Of a stretch of DNA of 64,000 nt, positions 1 through 11,518 are shown piece after piece. Source of the stretch: Penicillus capitatus (Eukaryota; Plantae; Chlorophyta); NCBI GenBank assembly GCA_965649825.1, contig OZ287705.1, forward strand, positions 124,001 through 188,000. The letters run 5' to 3'. The position numbers were made by a program, and so were the translations under genes. How positions within the stretch are numbered: position 1 is the first letter of the stretch; each line of letters starts with the position of its first letter. Below the pieces are notes generated by a model that did no database searches, had not been told where the DNA came from, and saw only the letters and a list, made by a program, of their open reading frames with translations.

Positions 1-424
1 CCGTGGCGTCGTCGACGTTCGAACAGGACGATCCGCCGATGTGCAAATCGCGATTGGGTGCGGCCGGAGGGTCACAGACGGAGTAAAGAATGCGTGAAGG
101 GACGCGCGACGCGCGACTGCCCGATGGCGGTCGGTCGCTCTTCGCAGCGTCGGAAGCCGGAGAGAAGTCGGTGTTTCTGACGAGCCGCGATAGGCACTTG
201 GGGAAGAGGAAGCCATCAAGACCGCAACCTGCAGCATGGACAGAACTGCTTTAATCTTGGTCTCTGCGGGCGTATGCAAACGTCGCGTCGGACGATGGCA
301 CCGCATGACAGTCAACTGTCGCCTATGACGCAATGTGAGCAACACGGTGCTCGCGCGTTTCATCCGTCTCGTTCCCGCGGCGTCGAGCTGCGCATCGTTG
401 ACGGCCCACCGACGTGGGGCCACA

Positions 425-960
425 ATTCCTTTCATAAGCTCTTTATTCTGAGCCTACTTCTTCGCGTAGGCTTGTGCTGTTTCCTAAAGTTACACATCTG
501 TCACATCACCAGTCACCATGTGAACATCCTGCTCACACAGAATACTCCTTGGAGGTAGCCGTTGGGCTGCTTCTGCTCTTCTAGGTCTCCTTCGCGGTTG
601 TTGCTCGTGCGCTTCACCCCCTCCATCTCCACGTTTAGCCGCTATCTCAGCTTTTTGGCCTTCCTTCGCGAACGGTCCACTTTCTTTTGCAGTCTGCTCC
701 CTTCGCACGCGATCTCCGCTTCGTCGATCTTCATCTTCAGAGAGGAACTCGCGCGCTAGGTGTTGCGCTTGCGGGGGATGGATTCTGCTTCCTCGCGACC
801 TGGCTTCCATCGCCTCGATTCTCAGCTCCATCTGTGCGAGTTCTGCCGTCTGGCCATCGACCGTCTCCGACAGTTGCTCGTTCCGAGCGTTTAACACTTT
901 CATCTGTTGCTCAGCACCTGCGCTCATTTTCGTTCGAACCGCAGAAACGTCAGTAAGAAA
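425..960 (-). pseudogene. BRE1/HUB1-like coiled-coil fragment, copy 1 (truncated, RING part absent)
   Basis: DNA 425-1000 aligns by eye with 25045-25620 and 48530-49100, which continue into a BRE1-type RING. Homology stops near 425. Frames are broken. Confidence 0.55.
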
Positions 961-1031
961 ACTGAAGGAGTAGTCAGCATCAGCTCGCCTTTGTACGTCA
1001 CATCTGACGGAGGACGTAGGAAACGCCCACG

Positions 1032-2720
1032 ATGCGCCGCTCTGCGCGAAACTACGCCAGCGTCGGGCGTTGGCTCTTTCATTCGCGTTTCGTCGCCGTC
1101 GTTCCGACGCTCCCAGACACTGACGGCGTTCCCCCGGCCAGATCTGCCGTTTCACCGATCGGTTCTTTTTACCCTGCTTCCCGCAGATGCCCATCCCCCA
1201 TGCCAAAGAGCGTCGATGTCAAGACGGCGCTCTGCTGGACAGGCGCGACGCAACTCCGTTGGTTTCATGTCGTCTCAGAAAAGCAGCATCCAGAGATGGA
1301 CAATATCATGCCGGAGAAATACCGTCTGCTGAAACGAACATCGGATTACGTTCGTGAAATGCGACAGCTGATACGCGACCGCTCTTACTCTCGCATCCTG
1401 GATCTCTTCGAAGACATGAAGTCACGTAGTATCCCGTTCGACGTTGCGGTCTGTATGCTGGTCATAAAAGCCTATTTGCGGATGAACAATGTGGACATGG
1501 TGAAACGGGTGCTTGACGATATCATGGCGTCAAGGTTGAAGTTAGACAAGAGGGAGCTGTTTAATTCCATCATCCGCGATTGTGAAAACACTGGCGATGT
1601 TGACGCTGCTTTCAAGTTATATCGCCAAATGCAGAAGGACGATCGGATTTTACCCGATTCAGCTACATACCGTTCGCTGATCAACGTCTGCAGGAGGGGG
1701 AAAGACGTGAATCGTGCGAGAAAGGTATTTAATGAAATGGTCAAGAAAGTTGGAGCCAAAGTTGGTGGCTTCAATGCCATGATGGAGGTCTATGTCGAGA
1801 ATGTCGACAGTGACACTGGCGAGGCGTACCTGCGGGAATGCAAGTACCTTTTGTCATTGATAAAATCGAAGAAAATCCAACTCCATGCAGACACCTATCT
1901 GTATCTGGTCAAACTGTCTGGCAAATTGGGACGGTTGGACGAAGCGCTGGGTTACCTTAAGAAATCTGTCAGCAGTGATCTGGGGCCAAGTCTTGCCACG
2001 TTTGATTCCATCTTCCGATCGCTGGTGGATTTGGAGATGACAGAAGAGGAGCTTGAGACCCACCTTGTCTACTGTCTTGATCGCATGAAGGAGCTCAAGC
2101 TGAAACCGACTTTTGTCACGTTCAGAAGCATTATGCAGCTCTACGAGAAAAAAGGAGATGTGGGCAAGGCATTGGGATTTCTGGCGAAGCTGCCTCGAAA
2201 GCACATACATGACGCTGACAGTAACGGAGAGATCTTTGCTGCGCAGTTAGAGATTGTTGAGCGTCTGTGGGAGAATGGCACCTATTCTCAGGATGAAGCT
2301 CTGACGAAGCTATCTGAGACGGTGAAAACGATGAAGACGTTGCAGGTCTTGTTGTCGTACCGTGGCTACAGGACATGGCTTACCATGTGCCTCAAGGCAT
2401 CCGACGTGGAGCGTGCGCTTGAGTGCTATAATGATTATGTGACAGGGTTTCGTTGGCCATCTGCCGACATCACACAGTCCATGATTCGACTCGTATTGGA
2501 TCATGATCGTGTGGACGATGCCGTGCTGGTGCTGAAAAAGGCTGTGCAAAAGGATAAGAAGGTTACGAACAAAAAAGGCTTTTACGAGGCAGTATTGGCT
2601 TACTGTGATGCGAAAAATGACACGGAGAATGCGAAGAAGGTTTACGGATGCATGAAGGAAGAGAAAGTGAAACCAAATGAAGCGATTCAAGAACACTTGC
2701 GTGCTTTGAAGCTGATTTGA
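1032..2720 (+). CDS. Intronless P-type pentatricopeptide repeat (PPR) protein, 562 aa, probable organellar targeting peptide (PPR copy 1)
   Basis: About 11 degenerate 35-aa motifs (e.g. FNSIIRDCENTGDVDAAFKLYRQM, TYRSLINVCRRGKDVNRARKVFNEM). Arg/Ser-rich, acid-poor N-terminus. Two paralogues lie in the window. Confidence 0.93.
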   Translation: MRRSARNYASVGRWLFHSRFVAVVPTLPDTDGVPPARSAVSPIGSFYPASRRCPSPMPKSVDVKTALCWTGATQLRWFHVVSEKQHPEMDNIMPEKYRLLKRTSDYVREMRQLIRDRSYSRILDLFEDMKSRSIPFDVAVCMLVIKAYLRMNNVDMVKRVLDDIMASRLKLDKRELFNSIIRDCENTGDVDAAFKLYRQMQKDDRILPDSATYRSLINVCRRGKDVNRARKVFNEMVKKVGAKVGGFNAMMEVYVENVDSDTGEAYLRECKYLLSLIKSKKIQLHADTYLYLVKLSGKLGRLDEALGYLKKSVSSDLGPSLATFDSIFRSLVDLEMTEEELETHLVYCLDRMKELKLKPTFVTFRSIMQLYEKKGDVGKALGFLAKLPRKHIHDADSNGEIFAAQLEIVERLWENGTYSQDEALTKLSETVKTMKTLQVLLSYRGYRTWLTMCLKASDVERALECYNDYVTGFRWPSADITQSMIRLVLDHDRVDDAVLVLKKAVQKDKKVTNKKGFYEAVLAYCDAKNDTENAKKVYGCMKEEKVKPNEAIQEHLRALKLI

Positions 2721-3229
2721 GATGTTCTATTTTGGCCGATGTTAGGAAAGAGTGACATTTTAATGCAGAAGAACGTTGGGGTATGTTACAAGCATCTGTT
2801 ACAGTATCGCGTAGACGATAGACAGGAGATACATATGTAGGCAGGCACTTAACTGTCTAGAAGAGGACTAAGGCCATTCGAAAGAACACATTTAGATTCT
2901 ACTTGTATCTGGACGGAAGACCGTCTGTCGTCGTGAAGACGATCGATTACTGGGAAATTCTCCAGTTGTTTGCAAAGATGGGTAAATCTGCGCTACAGAA
3001 ACCGGAAAGGAGAGATCCATGGCTCGGCGACTTTCTTAAAGCCCTGCAAGGAGATGAACCAAAAATGGTATAATGAGGAACAGCTGCGAAGAATCAATCA
3101 TCTGCAGTCGTGAGCTATAAAACTTCGGTGTCGGATGCGCGATTGCTGAAGACGTAAACTACGAAAACGCTCCGCATGAATTCGGCGGGCAGTCGAAACA
3201 GGCACTTCATGCAAACAATCATCGACGTC

Positions 3230-4300
3230 GGTACAGAAAACAGGAATATGCAAGTGCCGTGGTGAACACTGCGCTTCTCGAAGAGAACGAGAGGTCCGAG
3301 ATGCAACACGAAAACCGACGGAAGAGGGTTCTGTCCGTCGATGGTCGGTAAAACCCCTTTACTCGCCATCTGCCCTCCGTCTACACTGCACTTTGAGACA
3401 GATTCCTTGTAAAACCTTGGGTCAATACATAAATACAGAGTGGTTTATGGAAAGTGATCGCTTGACGGGGCATCCCATTTGCTACAGATTCTATTCGGCG
3501 ACATCTTCAAGATTGGAGACCGCCATTAAATGTACAATACCTTGAAAGACAGCAACGTCATCTGCAAATGAACAATCCAGTGGCGTGTGATCCCTAACGA
3601 CTTCCAGTAATCTGTAGATATATAAACGAATTACAAGCACGATGCCGAACGCCGCATCTTTAACGGAAGGCGCATGAATTCTCTCCCCTTCTAGACTATT
3701 GGAATCTCTTTCACTGTCCTGCGTTGCTTTCTTCTTTCGAGACGATTGCATGGATGAACTTGTGCAGCCTGAGAGGGCTTTAAGGATATTCAGGTCACTT
3801 TACAGTAGTGACAGGCAGGAAGACCCAACGCGTTAAGCAATCCGCTAGGCGACCGAACCTTGGTACATGTATCGACTCTGACAAATCTCTGTCCGTTAGG
3901 TCAAAGCGGGGAGAGACCGAATTGAGCCTTTGCGATGGCGTCTGTATTTGATCAAAGAAAGCGACGGCGCTGAGGGAGCCGTTGATGCTCGACGGAACTA
4001 CATCAAGCGAAAACAGGTCGGCATCTGGCGCCTTTGCCACGGCCGATGTGATCTTGTCGATTAAGTTTGCAGCCGGGGATCGAGGAGAGATCGATACGGA
4101 GACGAAAACACTCGCCACGTCGCAGTATGTAGACAGGGCCATCTTGGAGGAGCGTTCAGAAGCAAAGTGAAGCAAACGGTCTGTTAGACAAACGCATCGG
4201 TCTCTTTGGACGATGGATGAATGTACAATCATTGCGCCGATCATGCCAATCGAGATACAGTCGATGGATTGCAATAGAGTTTGCAGATGTGACGGTGGAC
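3230..4300 (+). pseudogene. Degraded pseudokinase relic downstream of PPR copy 1
   Basis: 3230-3570 is recognisably similar to 27980-28340 (ggaagagggtt..., cagattccttgt, ttgaaagacagcaacg) but has stops and frameshifts. The rest resembles 32700-33400. Confidence 0.55.
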
Positions 4301-5364
4301 GGAATCCCGATTACATTTCGCATCACAGATCACTTCATTTTCATTTGACACGTATTCTATTCCTGTCCGTTCCGTTCCAGATCAGTTACAATCAAACAAA
4401 CACTTCTAGTAGGATATGTGTTGTTGTTCACAATTAATCTACACTTTTCTGGTGACAAATAGGCACTTATGGGGTGCTCACTGGGGTTACGTCTATCAAG
4501 AGATTGTGATTGTCTAATCGAGTCGAATCCGTTCGTCCGTCTGGCAAAAATCGGACAGACCCCGAAGTGGGAAGAGCAAGCAGATTTCGATGACCTTGTT
4601 AGTGTTGCGGAGAAACAATGAGAAATCAATACTTGGCACTTCCGGCTTTATTCTTTTCAAAAACGGGCAACAATCGTCGCATTCCGTTCGCTGTGCCGCA
4701 AAAGCTGAGTCGAGCTCTCTTTCTTCGGACATCAATAGATGATGCTCCCTCTTGGCCTCTTGATCGATGAAAACGAGGCTCATCGAGAGCATTTATGCGG
4801 GAGCGGATCAGGCAGAGGTGTTGTACTCCGTCTGATTCTCGAACATTCGGACCATTCGGTGAAATCGCAGGCGATTGTCGGAACGGATGATTTTGCCGTA
4901 GATGAGTCGATAGAGATCGACTTCTCTTCGAAACGGGTGACCCAAAAAATGCGAATTTGTACAGTCAGTTTTACGTACTTTTGATCGACGAGGCCGAAGT
5001 GCGGCGAGCCGATCATATGGCGACGTACCGACTCGAGGACGACGATGCGTTGGTAGGCATCCGTCACCGATCGGAAGATTCTGTCCACCAGTGTTCCATT
5101 CGCCGTTTGTCTGGTGCTTGGATCAAGACAGAGGACGACCTGGACGAACAGCAGACACTGCTCATCGTCGCTGAAGGCCGATCTCCCCCTGCGGTCGGCA
5201 GAGAGCCAGCGACGCAGGCGCCTTCCTGGTCAGGAGACTGGTCTGCCAGTCTCGACCGTATGTGCTCGCGGAGCTTGGCGGGGTCGAAGACTCGAAAGCC
5301 TGGAGAGGAGCGACGTGAGTCGGCGTGAGGGGACGGGGATGATGGTGCACTCACAGGTTTACAT
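3660..5364 (+). repeat. Segmental duplication of ~32810-34895 with a ~450-bp internal deletion
   Basis: Long near-identical tracts (e.g. 4141-4500 vs 33216-33570). At ~5008 the sequence jumps from the equivalent of 34087 to the equivalent of ~34540. Confidence 0.9.
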
Positions 5365-5377
5365 AGCAGCGGGGGAT

Positions 5378-6999
5378 CTTTTCCGTACGACACCTTCGTT
5401 TTGCCGCCTTTAAAAACTTGCTGAACGACGGTGTCCGAACGCACGTTTCGCGAACGATGCAGCCCTCAGGCTCCTCGTCCGGAGGTCCTGACACCGCCCC
5501 CGACCCGGTGCGCACGGCGGTGGCGCAGGCCGCAAACACGGTCCGGTACCGGCGCGATTTGCGCCAGTCCCCTGGGGTACTCGAAGCCATGAGCAAGAAG
5601 GAGCTCATACTCGTAAACACCGCCCTCCAAGCCTGCCCAACGCACATCGCAGCGACCGTGGACCCAGCCACACTCATCGAGAAGATCCGCGCCTATCTGT
5701 CGGCGCACGAAACGAAAGACACTGCCCAGCTACTTTTAGTGAACAGACTCGAGAACGTACGCACTCAGCTCCTCTTGTCGTCGGAAGCCCCAGATCTGCC
5801 CAACGTGGAATCGCCAGCCAACACGTCGTCTCTCTGTCGCTCAAGACACTCGGTGCCGCCGAGCGCATTCCTCAGAGCTCTCTCTGATGACATCCGCTCG
5901 GCCATGGGTTTTATAGAGACAGCCGTCAGGACCTTCGTTCCCAAAGAACACCCGCAACACGAGATTGTCTCCCAGTCTATTTCCAAGATACACGAGGTAC
6001 ACACCTGCATGCTATTTTACCAGAGCATCACGGATTGGTCACCGCCCGCCGCCCACACCACGCTCCCCGCTCCGGCAGACAGAAACCAAGCTGCAACAGA
6101 ATCCGGAAGCGCTGCTCCCAGATCGTACCGGGAGGCCGCCCGAAAGGTCCTGCCCACGAAGTCTCCAGCACAGCAGCAACGGAACGCCCAGGCCAGAGAG
6201 CTCAGGAAGAAAACTCAGGAGCTCAAAGCCCAGATCAGATGCGATGAGCGCAGCTTCCAGCTGTGCCCAGTGAAGCTGAAGGGAGATCGCCCGTCTTTCC
6301 GTCAGCTCGGAATCAGCCTGGAGCGAAAGCTCCAGATCAGGAATCTCAAGAATTACGTCGAAGACATCAGAACAGATCATGGAGGCCGCTACTACGTGCA
6401 AATCCGTGCAGATCTACGCGAGTCCTTCGAGAAATCGTTGGATCACTGCCTAGAATGCGCAGGAGATGCCTGGGACCTCGAACTGCCGGATATCGGCACG
6501 TTCACAGTAAACAATCCGTACCTCTCGCCGACTAAAGACAAAGTCCCCGTGGTCATCAGCAATGTCGATCTGGACATAGACCCGGAAGACGCAATAGCAG
6601 CAATCGCCGACCAGAATGCTTCCCGCTGGCAGATCTCTGCGCCCGAACTCGAAGAAAAGCACCTGGCAGCTCCACACAGAATGAACCGCCGCAAACGTGA
6701 CGCGGCCGGACAGTCCCTCCCGGAATGGACACCCAGCAGGAACCTGAAGGTCTTCGTGTCGAAGACTCTATTCGAGCAACTGAAAGACCCCAAGTCTGCG
6801 TTCGCCACGCTAGACTACATGGTGTTACCTATCCGCGCGTTTACACGGCCTCCCAGTTCCTCTCGAGGAATTCCCTGATCTATATTCCATTACATGCATG
6901 CTTCTGTCTGGTTCTCGCTCGGCATAGCCTAACATTTGTCTCAGCCCTCTCCTCTGATGTTTAACTTGAAAAGGGGATGTAAGAAGTGCCAATTTTATT
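5378..6999 (+). mobile_element. Non-autonomous non-LTR (LINE-derived) element encoding ORF1/gag only
   Basis: 1622 bp absent from paralogous kinase genes, flanked by a perfect 15-bp direct repeat ATAGCAGCGGGGGAT (5363-5377 and 7000-7014). No RT or endonuclease; no poly(A) tail seen. Confidence 0.75.
5457..6878 (+). CDS. Gag-like ORF1 protein of a non-LTR retrotransposon (473 aa from the first ATG), ending just before the expected CCHC knuckles
   Basis: Intronless. SYREAARK motif, basic coiled coil, and a pre-C2HC-like region VVISNVDLDIDPEDAIAAIADQN...LPIRAFTRP typical of R1/Tad/Jockey-type ORF1. Confidence 0.65.
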   Translation: MQPSGSSSGGPDTAPDPVRTAVAQAANTVRYRRDLRQSPGVLEAMSKKELILVNTALQACPTHIAATVDPATLIEKIRAYLSAHETKDTAQLLLVNRLENVRTQLLLSSEAPDLPNVESPANTSSLCRSRHSVPPSAFLRALSDDIRSAMGFIETAVRTFVPKEHPQHEIVSQSISKIHEVHTCMLFYQSITDWSPPAAHTTLPAPADRNQAATESGSAAPRSYREAARKVLPTKSPAQQQRNAQARELRKKTQELKAQIRCDERSFQLCPVKLKGDRPSFRQLGISLERKLQIRNLKNYVEDIRTDHGGRYYVQIRADLRESFEKSLDHCLECAGDAWDLELPDIGTFTVNNPYLSPTKDKVPVVISNVDLDIDPEDAIAAIADQNASRWQISAPELEEKHLAAPHRMNRRKRDAAGQSLPEWTPSRNLKVFVSKTLFEQLKDPKSAFATLDYMVLPIRAFTRPPSSSRGIP

Positions 7000-7740
7000 A
7001 TAGCAGCGGGGGATGTCACCGGTCTGCATGTCTGTCGACGGAGCGAGTTTGATCGGCGTCCTCGATCGTCTCTTTGCATGACTGAACTCTGGAGATGCGT
7101 ATCTGCCCGGTTCGTGCTGTGCGGCTGCCCGGCCATCTCGCGATGCGTGCTTGAGATCGACCAGTTTCCAGGAACACTCGGCAACGAACCACAGAAGATG
7201 GTATGGATCGAGATTGCCATGAGTGATTCCTCTGGAGTGGATGTGATCGAGCGCCTCGAGCACCTGGAGAAACAATCGGCGTCGACGGCATTCTCGAAAG
7301 AGGAGACAGACGTTACCGAATTGAGAATGGCCTTCTGATCGATGGGCGACATCTGCCCGTTCGCGATTCTCTCTGCGAGTCTGCAGTCGCCTCTCTCCAG
7401 GACGAGACATGGAGGGAAGCCGTAGATGCCTTCAATAATTTCCATCAATCCAATCGAAGATCGAGCGTTCAGCACGAGAAATGTGGGGAGTGGGTTTTGC
7501 CTATATATGTGCGAGTTTCCTGAGTCTGAGGCGCTGTAGATTTCCACAGCGTTTTCAGAATTTGCCGAATCGTGCAAAAAAACCCAGAGCTTTGGCAATG
7601 CAGATGTGTTAGACACAAATTGCAAACGATTGTTAAAAGGAACTTGGGCTGCTAACTGCGTAATCGACTAAAAGAGTATGAAAAAAAACTATCTAGAGTG
7701 CAACTCAAGTAGAGTAAAACAGTCGCTACTTAGTTACTTA

Positions 7741-7780
7741 CTCCCTCCGTTTCTTTCTTTATCATTCACTTCAGAGGGAG
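7741..7780. mobile_element. 40-bp Stowaway-like (Tc1/mariner) miniature inverted-repeat element
   Basis: TA|CTCCCTCCGTTTC...TTCAGAGGGAG|TA: TA duplication and a 9-bp TIR with one mismatch, matching the Stowaway CTCCCTCCRT consensus. Confidence 0.6.
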
Positions 7781-7792
7781 TATGGAATACTG

Positions 7793-10040
7793 TTATTGAG
7801 TGAATTGGTAAAAGAATTTGAAGCGAAGTGCAAAATGCACGATGGCCGTGTTACGGTGCGGAACAGTCAACGTCACATAAACATGGACCATAGATTCGCG
7901 ACAATAAGTAAGGCCACCAAAACCAGATGAAGAAGCAATTGTGTTCTGCGCAATGACATCCTTAAACATGCAGGATTCGAATAGGCAAACGGCATCCAAT
8001 GTACCACAATTTGTTTGGCGAACCTGTTGCATCTTCAGGTCGACAAATTCGTTGTTTGGCAGTCGCAGACGAATGCAATGAACTCCTTTGTACGACAGAC
8101 TCGCATCGTTGACTGCTTTGATGCGTAGACGAAGCAGAACATCATCTTCTTCGAAGCAGAAAATGCTAACGGGATTGTCAGGCAGGTAGGCATCGTAGAA
8201 GCTAAGCATCTCTTGTGTTTCTCTCTCATGTAGAGGCGTCGATGAGTCACTCGCGTCCAAAAGGCGCTCCGCCCACAGAAAGAAAGAAGTCTGTCCGTTC
8301 TCGGATGGTTGCAAGGAGTCGTGTGACTCCTTGTTGGTGTCCGAGACCAACTACACAGAGACAGTTTTCTGGAAGGCGAGAGAAGGCGGAGCAACACACC
8401 GAGTCTAGGGCACATCTGTTTCGCGGTGACCTGAAATCGTCGCTCTGCAGAACCTGATTATCCTCGTTTGTGTACGGCAATCGAAACTGCACACGAATGC
8501 CACGTCACACATCATCGAAAACTTACCAGAATCAAACCTGATGGACAGCGTTAACTGCGAACGACGGATAATCGACTGTATTATTCAGCCAAAAGCCACA
8601 TCTCGAAACGCGCTGAAGAAGCAGTCCGTGACAGACGAGTGGTGACTCCTCCTCCTCCTCTTCTTTGCGAAGGCTTTCGAGTTTGTCATCCAGCGTTTTG
8701 TTTTCGAACCAGGAGCGGATCGTTTGCCGAAGATGGGGCTTTTTAGACGAAGTCAACATCTCCAGTACTGGCTTCATAAATTCACAGAATTCGCCGAGCT
8801 GATAGATCTTGGATGCTGCATCGAGCAATCCTTCGAATACTTCTGGATCCGCATCCCAGCTTTCCCGCAAAGCATGACACGCAGCGAGGTGGTGGAATTC
8901 GAACATGGCTTCCCTGCGCACTTTGTCGGATTCTGCCTGCGTTGCAACGGAAACCAGTTCGTTTACGACTCCGTATCTCACAGCATTCCGTTCTTCCCTG
9001 TTACGTATGCAGTTCATCTGGTACTCCAGAATCTGTTTGAGGCTCCTCTGGAATAATTCGAACTTCTCTGAGTCTGTCAGACAGAGAGTGGTAGTGAAAC
9101 TTAAGGTCTGAAGCCAATCGAACCAGAGCTTCCTCCGAAGCTTGCTATCAGCACAGGCAGCCTTCAACCGTCGAAGCCCTTCACTGACCGCAGTCGTGTC
9201 GATTTGACAAACGCCGCGATACAAATCAAGCACACCAGCAGTACCCAACGCCGCCCGCTGCATGGTGTCAAACAGTGCCGAGGGCTCATTCCCTTCCGTG
9301 AAGCGATGAATGCTCTGCTCGATAAGTATCCCGTGGAAACGGTACGGATAGTAAGGCGCATCTCTAAAGATCTCCAATCCACAGAGCAGACCGTCTCGAA
9401 GCTTCTTCAGGCGATTGCATGTTGGCAATACAGGAGTAATTCTGTGAACGAGTGTGCATATCCGATTCAGGGCGATAAGAAAAGAATGATTATGCTTGAA
9501 TGTTTGCCTGATCGGTACGATACAACCACGAAGATTGTGGATCAGTTTGTCTGCCAGACGTAGCAAATTCGTTGGGTCGTCTTTAAAAACAGCGACACCC
9601 GAAGACACCAGAGCATGTGAGAATGCTTTGGCGATAGGCTCTGTCGACCGTGTATCATCGGTCATGGCTTCGCCCAACGTAGTCACAACGCGCAGCACTA
9701 ACTTCCTGTCGCGCGGACAGCGCACTTTGATATTCGCCAGACGTGCGAGCTCCTCGGCGACTTCTACTTTTGCGTCCAAATCCAACTTGCCGAAAACGGC
9801 AACGTGCGACAAAAACCACTGTCCAAGCACTTCTCTTTCTCTCGCGTTAGCGGTATTGTTGTAGATTCGGACCAGACGGTCCGTACAGCAGATTCGTCGT
9901 TCCGTCGACAGTAGTTGAGGACTTGTTAGACTTAATCGGCGTGCTGACGGTAATGATATGGTGCTTAGCATGCCTCCGCCCTGCACCCGACGCGGGCAGC
10001 AGTATCCGTTGTTATGCCGGCTGTAATTATTCCTCTGCAT
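7793..10040 (-). CDS. ARM-like helical domain protein with the family C-terminal beta-domain (DUF3694-like); predicted join 10040-8538, 8486-8454, 8350-7793
   Basis: 502-codon helical ORF. The downstream ORF 7793-8350 has TPLHERETQEMLSFYDAYLPDNPVSI, matching PFHLRNAQEALRFYDDYLPEHPVHI of the pseudokinases. GT-AG introns of 51 and 103 nt would keep the frame, but the fusion is not proven. Confidence 0.65.
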
Positions 10041-11518
10041 CTCTTCATAAAAAACGATTTCAGCGTGACATAAGTCGAAAAGAAAGCTGAATTACTTTAA
10101 GTCGAGCGCGGACGCCGTGAAGAAAGACTGTGTCGCTTTCTTTTTCGCCCTTTAATTCACCATGCTGACGTATGCGGCTTCCACTATGGCGACATGCGCA
10201 ACCGCAACGTCACATCATCGCATCAGAAGTAGCGGCGGATGTAACGCGATTCGATGAAAGATGAAAGAAGAGTTTGCTCGCGAGCTAAAGGAAGCCGAAC
10301 CGTAGTGTTGACACTTTCTTTGTGTGAAAATACTCTTTGCCGTTTTCGTTCGAATGCTTAAACATTCCATCAAGGCTGTCTTTGGAGCATTACGTGTTTA
10401 TGAACGTCTAGAGGAGAAATACCAAAGAATGGAGGTGTTCGTGGACTTAAACATGAACGCTGCGGGCAGTGAGACTCTAGGAAAGGGTCACGATCTATTT
10501 TTTATGATGGTAGATTCAAGTGTCCTTCTAATGTACTACGTTGCAAAACCATGGCTTGTTAACGAATTCGCTAAGTTGCCAAAGGCTGCTAGATGTTTGT
10601 TGGACGCTATTGTTGGGTTCTTTATCAGGTCTGGCAAGTTTATCGTATACCTTTCCCCCTTGTTTGCATCGGCAGGTTTGCTGCATTACTACTGCGCATA
10701 GCCATGAGTTTCCTTATCGATTACAGGGTCGATCGATCGAAGCGACTTCCTTTCGACTATCTCGATCGCGGTTTGTCGTTCCACGCTTTTGGTTTCTTCG
10801 AATTCGGTTGAGCGCTGAACGCACACACATGATATGAACATGACAGTGAGTTGTGTTGAATTTTGTTGGTTTGCAAAAAACACTGTGAACCTGTAAAGGT
10901 CTGTTCGGCCACATGTTGATATTCGTCGCATTCGGTCTGGTGTCCGACGGAAGGGGTCGTCTCGCGTCACGGACGACGCGAGCCTCCTCGCAGCGGAGGA
11001 CGTCGTTCTGAACTGAATCGCTCGCGTGTATTATGAGACCTCATAGCAGACGGATATCTCTTTCATGTCAGCAGAAGTGTGTTTCTATGCACGACGCTGG
11101 CAAAACACCGCTGTCCTCTCAAACCGAACCGTCTCCATCAGGAACACCAGGACTGAACACGAAGGTAAGAAAGAGCTCGCTATTCACTTTTTAGATTCCG
11201 CAGCCATCAAGCCATCACTGTAGAGCCGTCGTTGCATCTCAATCGTCAGCTACAGTAATGGAGACTCGTCGAACCACAGGAAACACAGGTGGTTACGCAA
11301 GCGCACGTCTACTGCCGCGGCATCATATATGTGGTCGAACGAAGGTTCGGTCGTGATGATGACCGTCCTGTCTATGATCGTACAGACGATTATATTAACG
11401 AAAAGGAAAACAGTTCTTTTGTGAAGTTCGTGCGTGTGTGCGTGCGTGCAGCATCTTTGGCAACGTTCAACCACAACGTCTTGCACTGTTTTCACCGACG
11501 TTACTAGACAGGCGTCAA

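Larger units (their letters stand above)
4808..7590 (-). pseudogene. Chimeric pseudokinase/beta-domain pseudogene, interrupted by a LINE-like insertion, 5'-truncated and internally deleted
   Basis: 7027-7590 matches 39600-40160 (HGNLDPYHLLWF, WKLVDLK, RYASPEF). 4808-5364 matches 33885-34895. It lacks a start region and most of the beta-domain. Confidence 0.85.

Noticed and set aside
10324-10701. 125-codon hydrophobic ORF
   Set aside because: No motif, paralogue or splice support.
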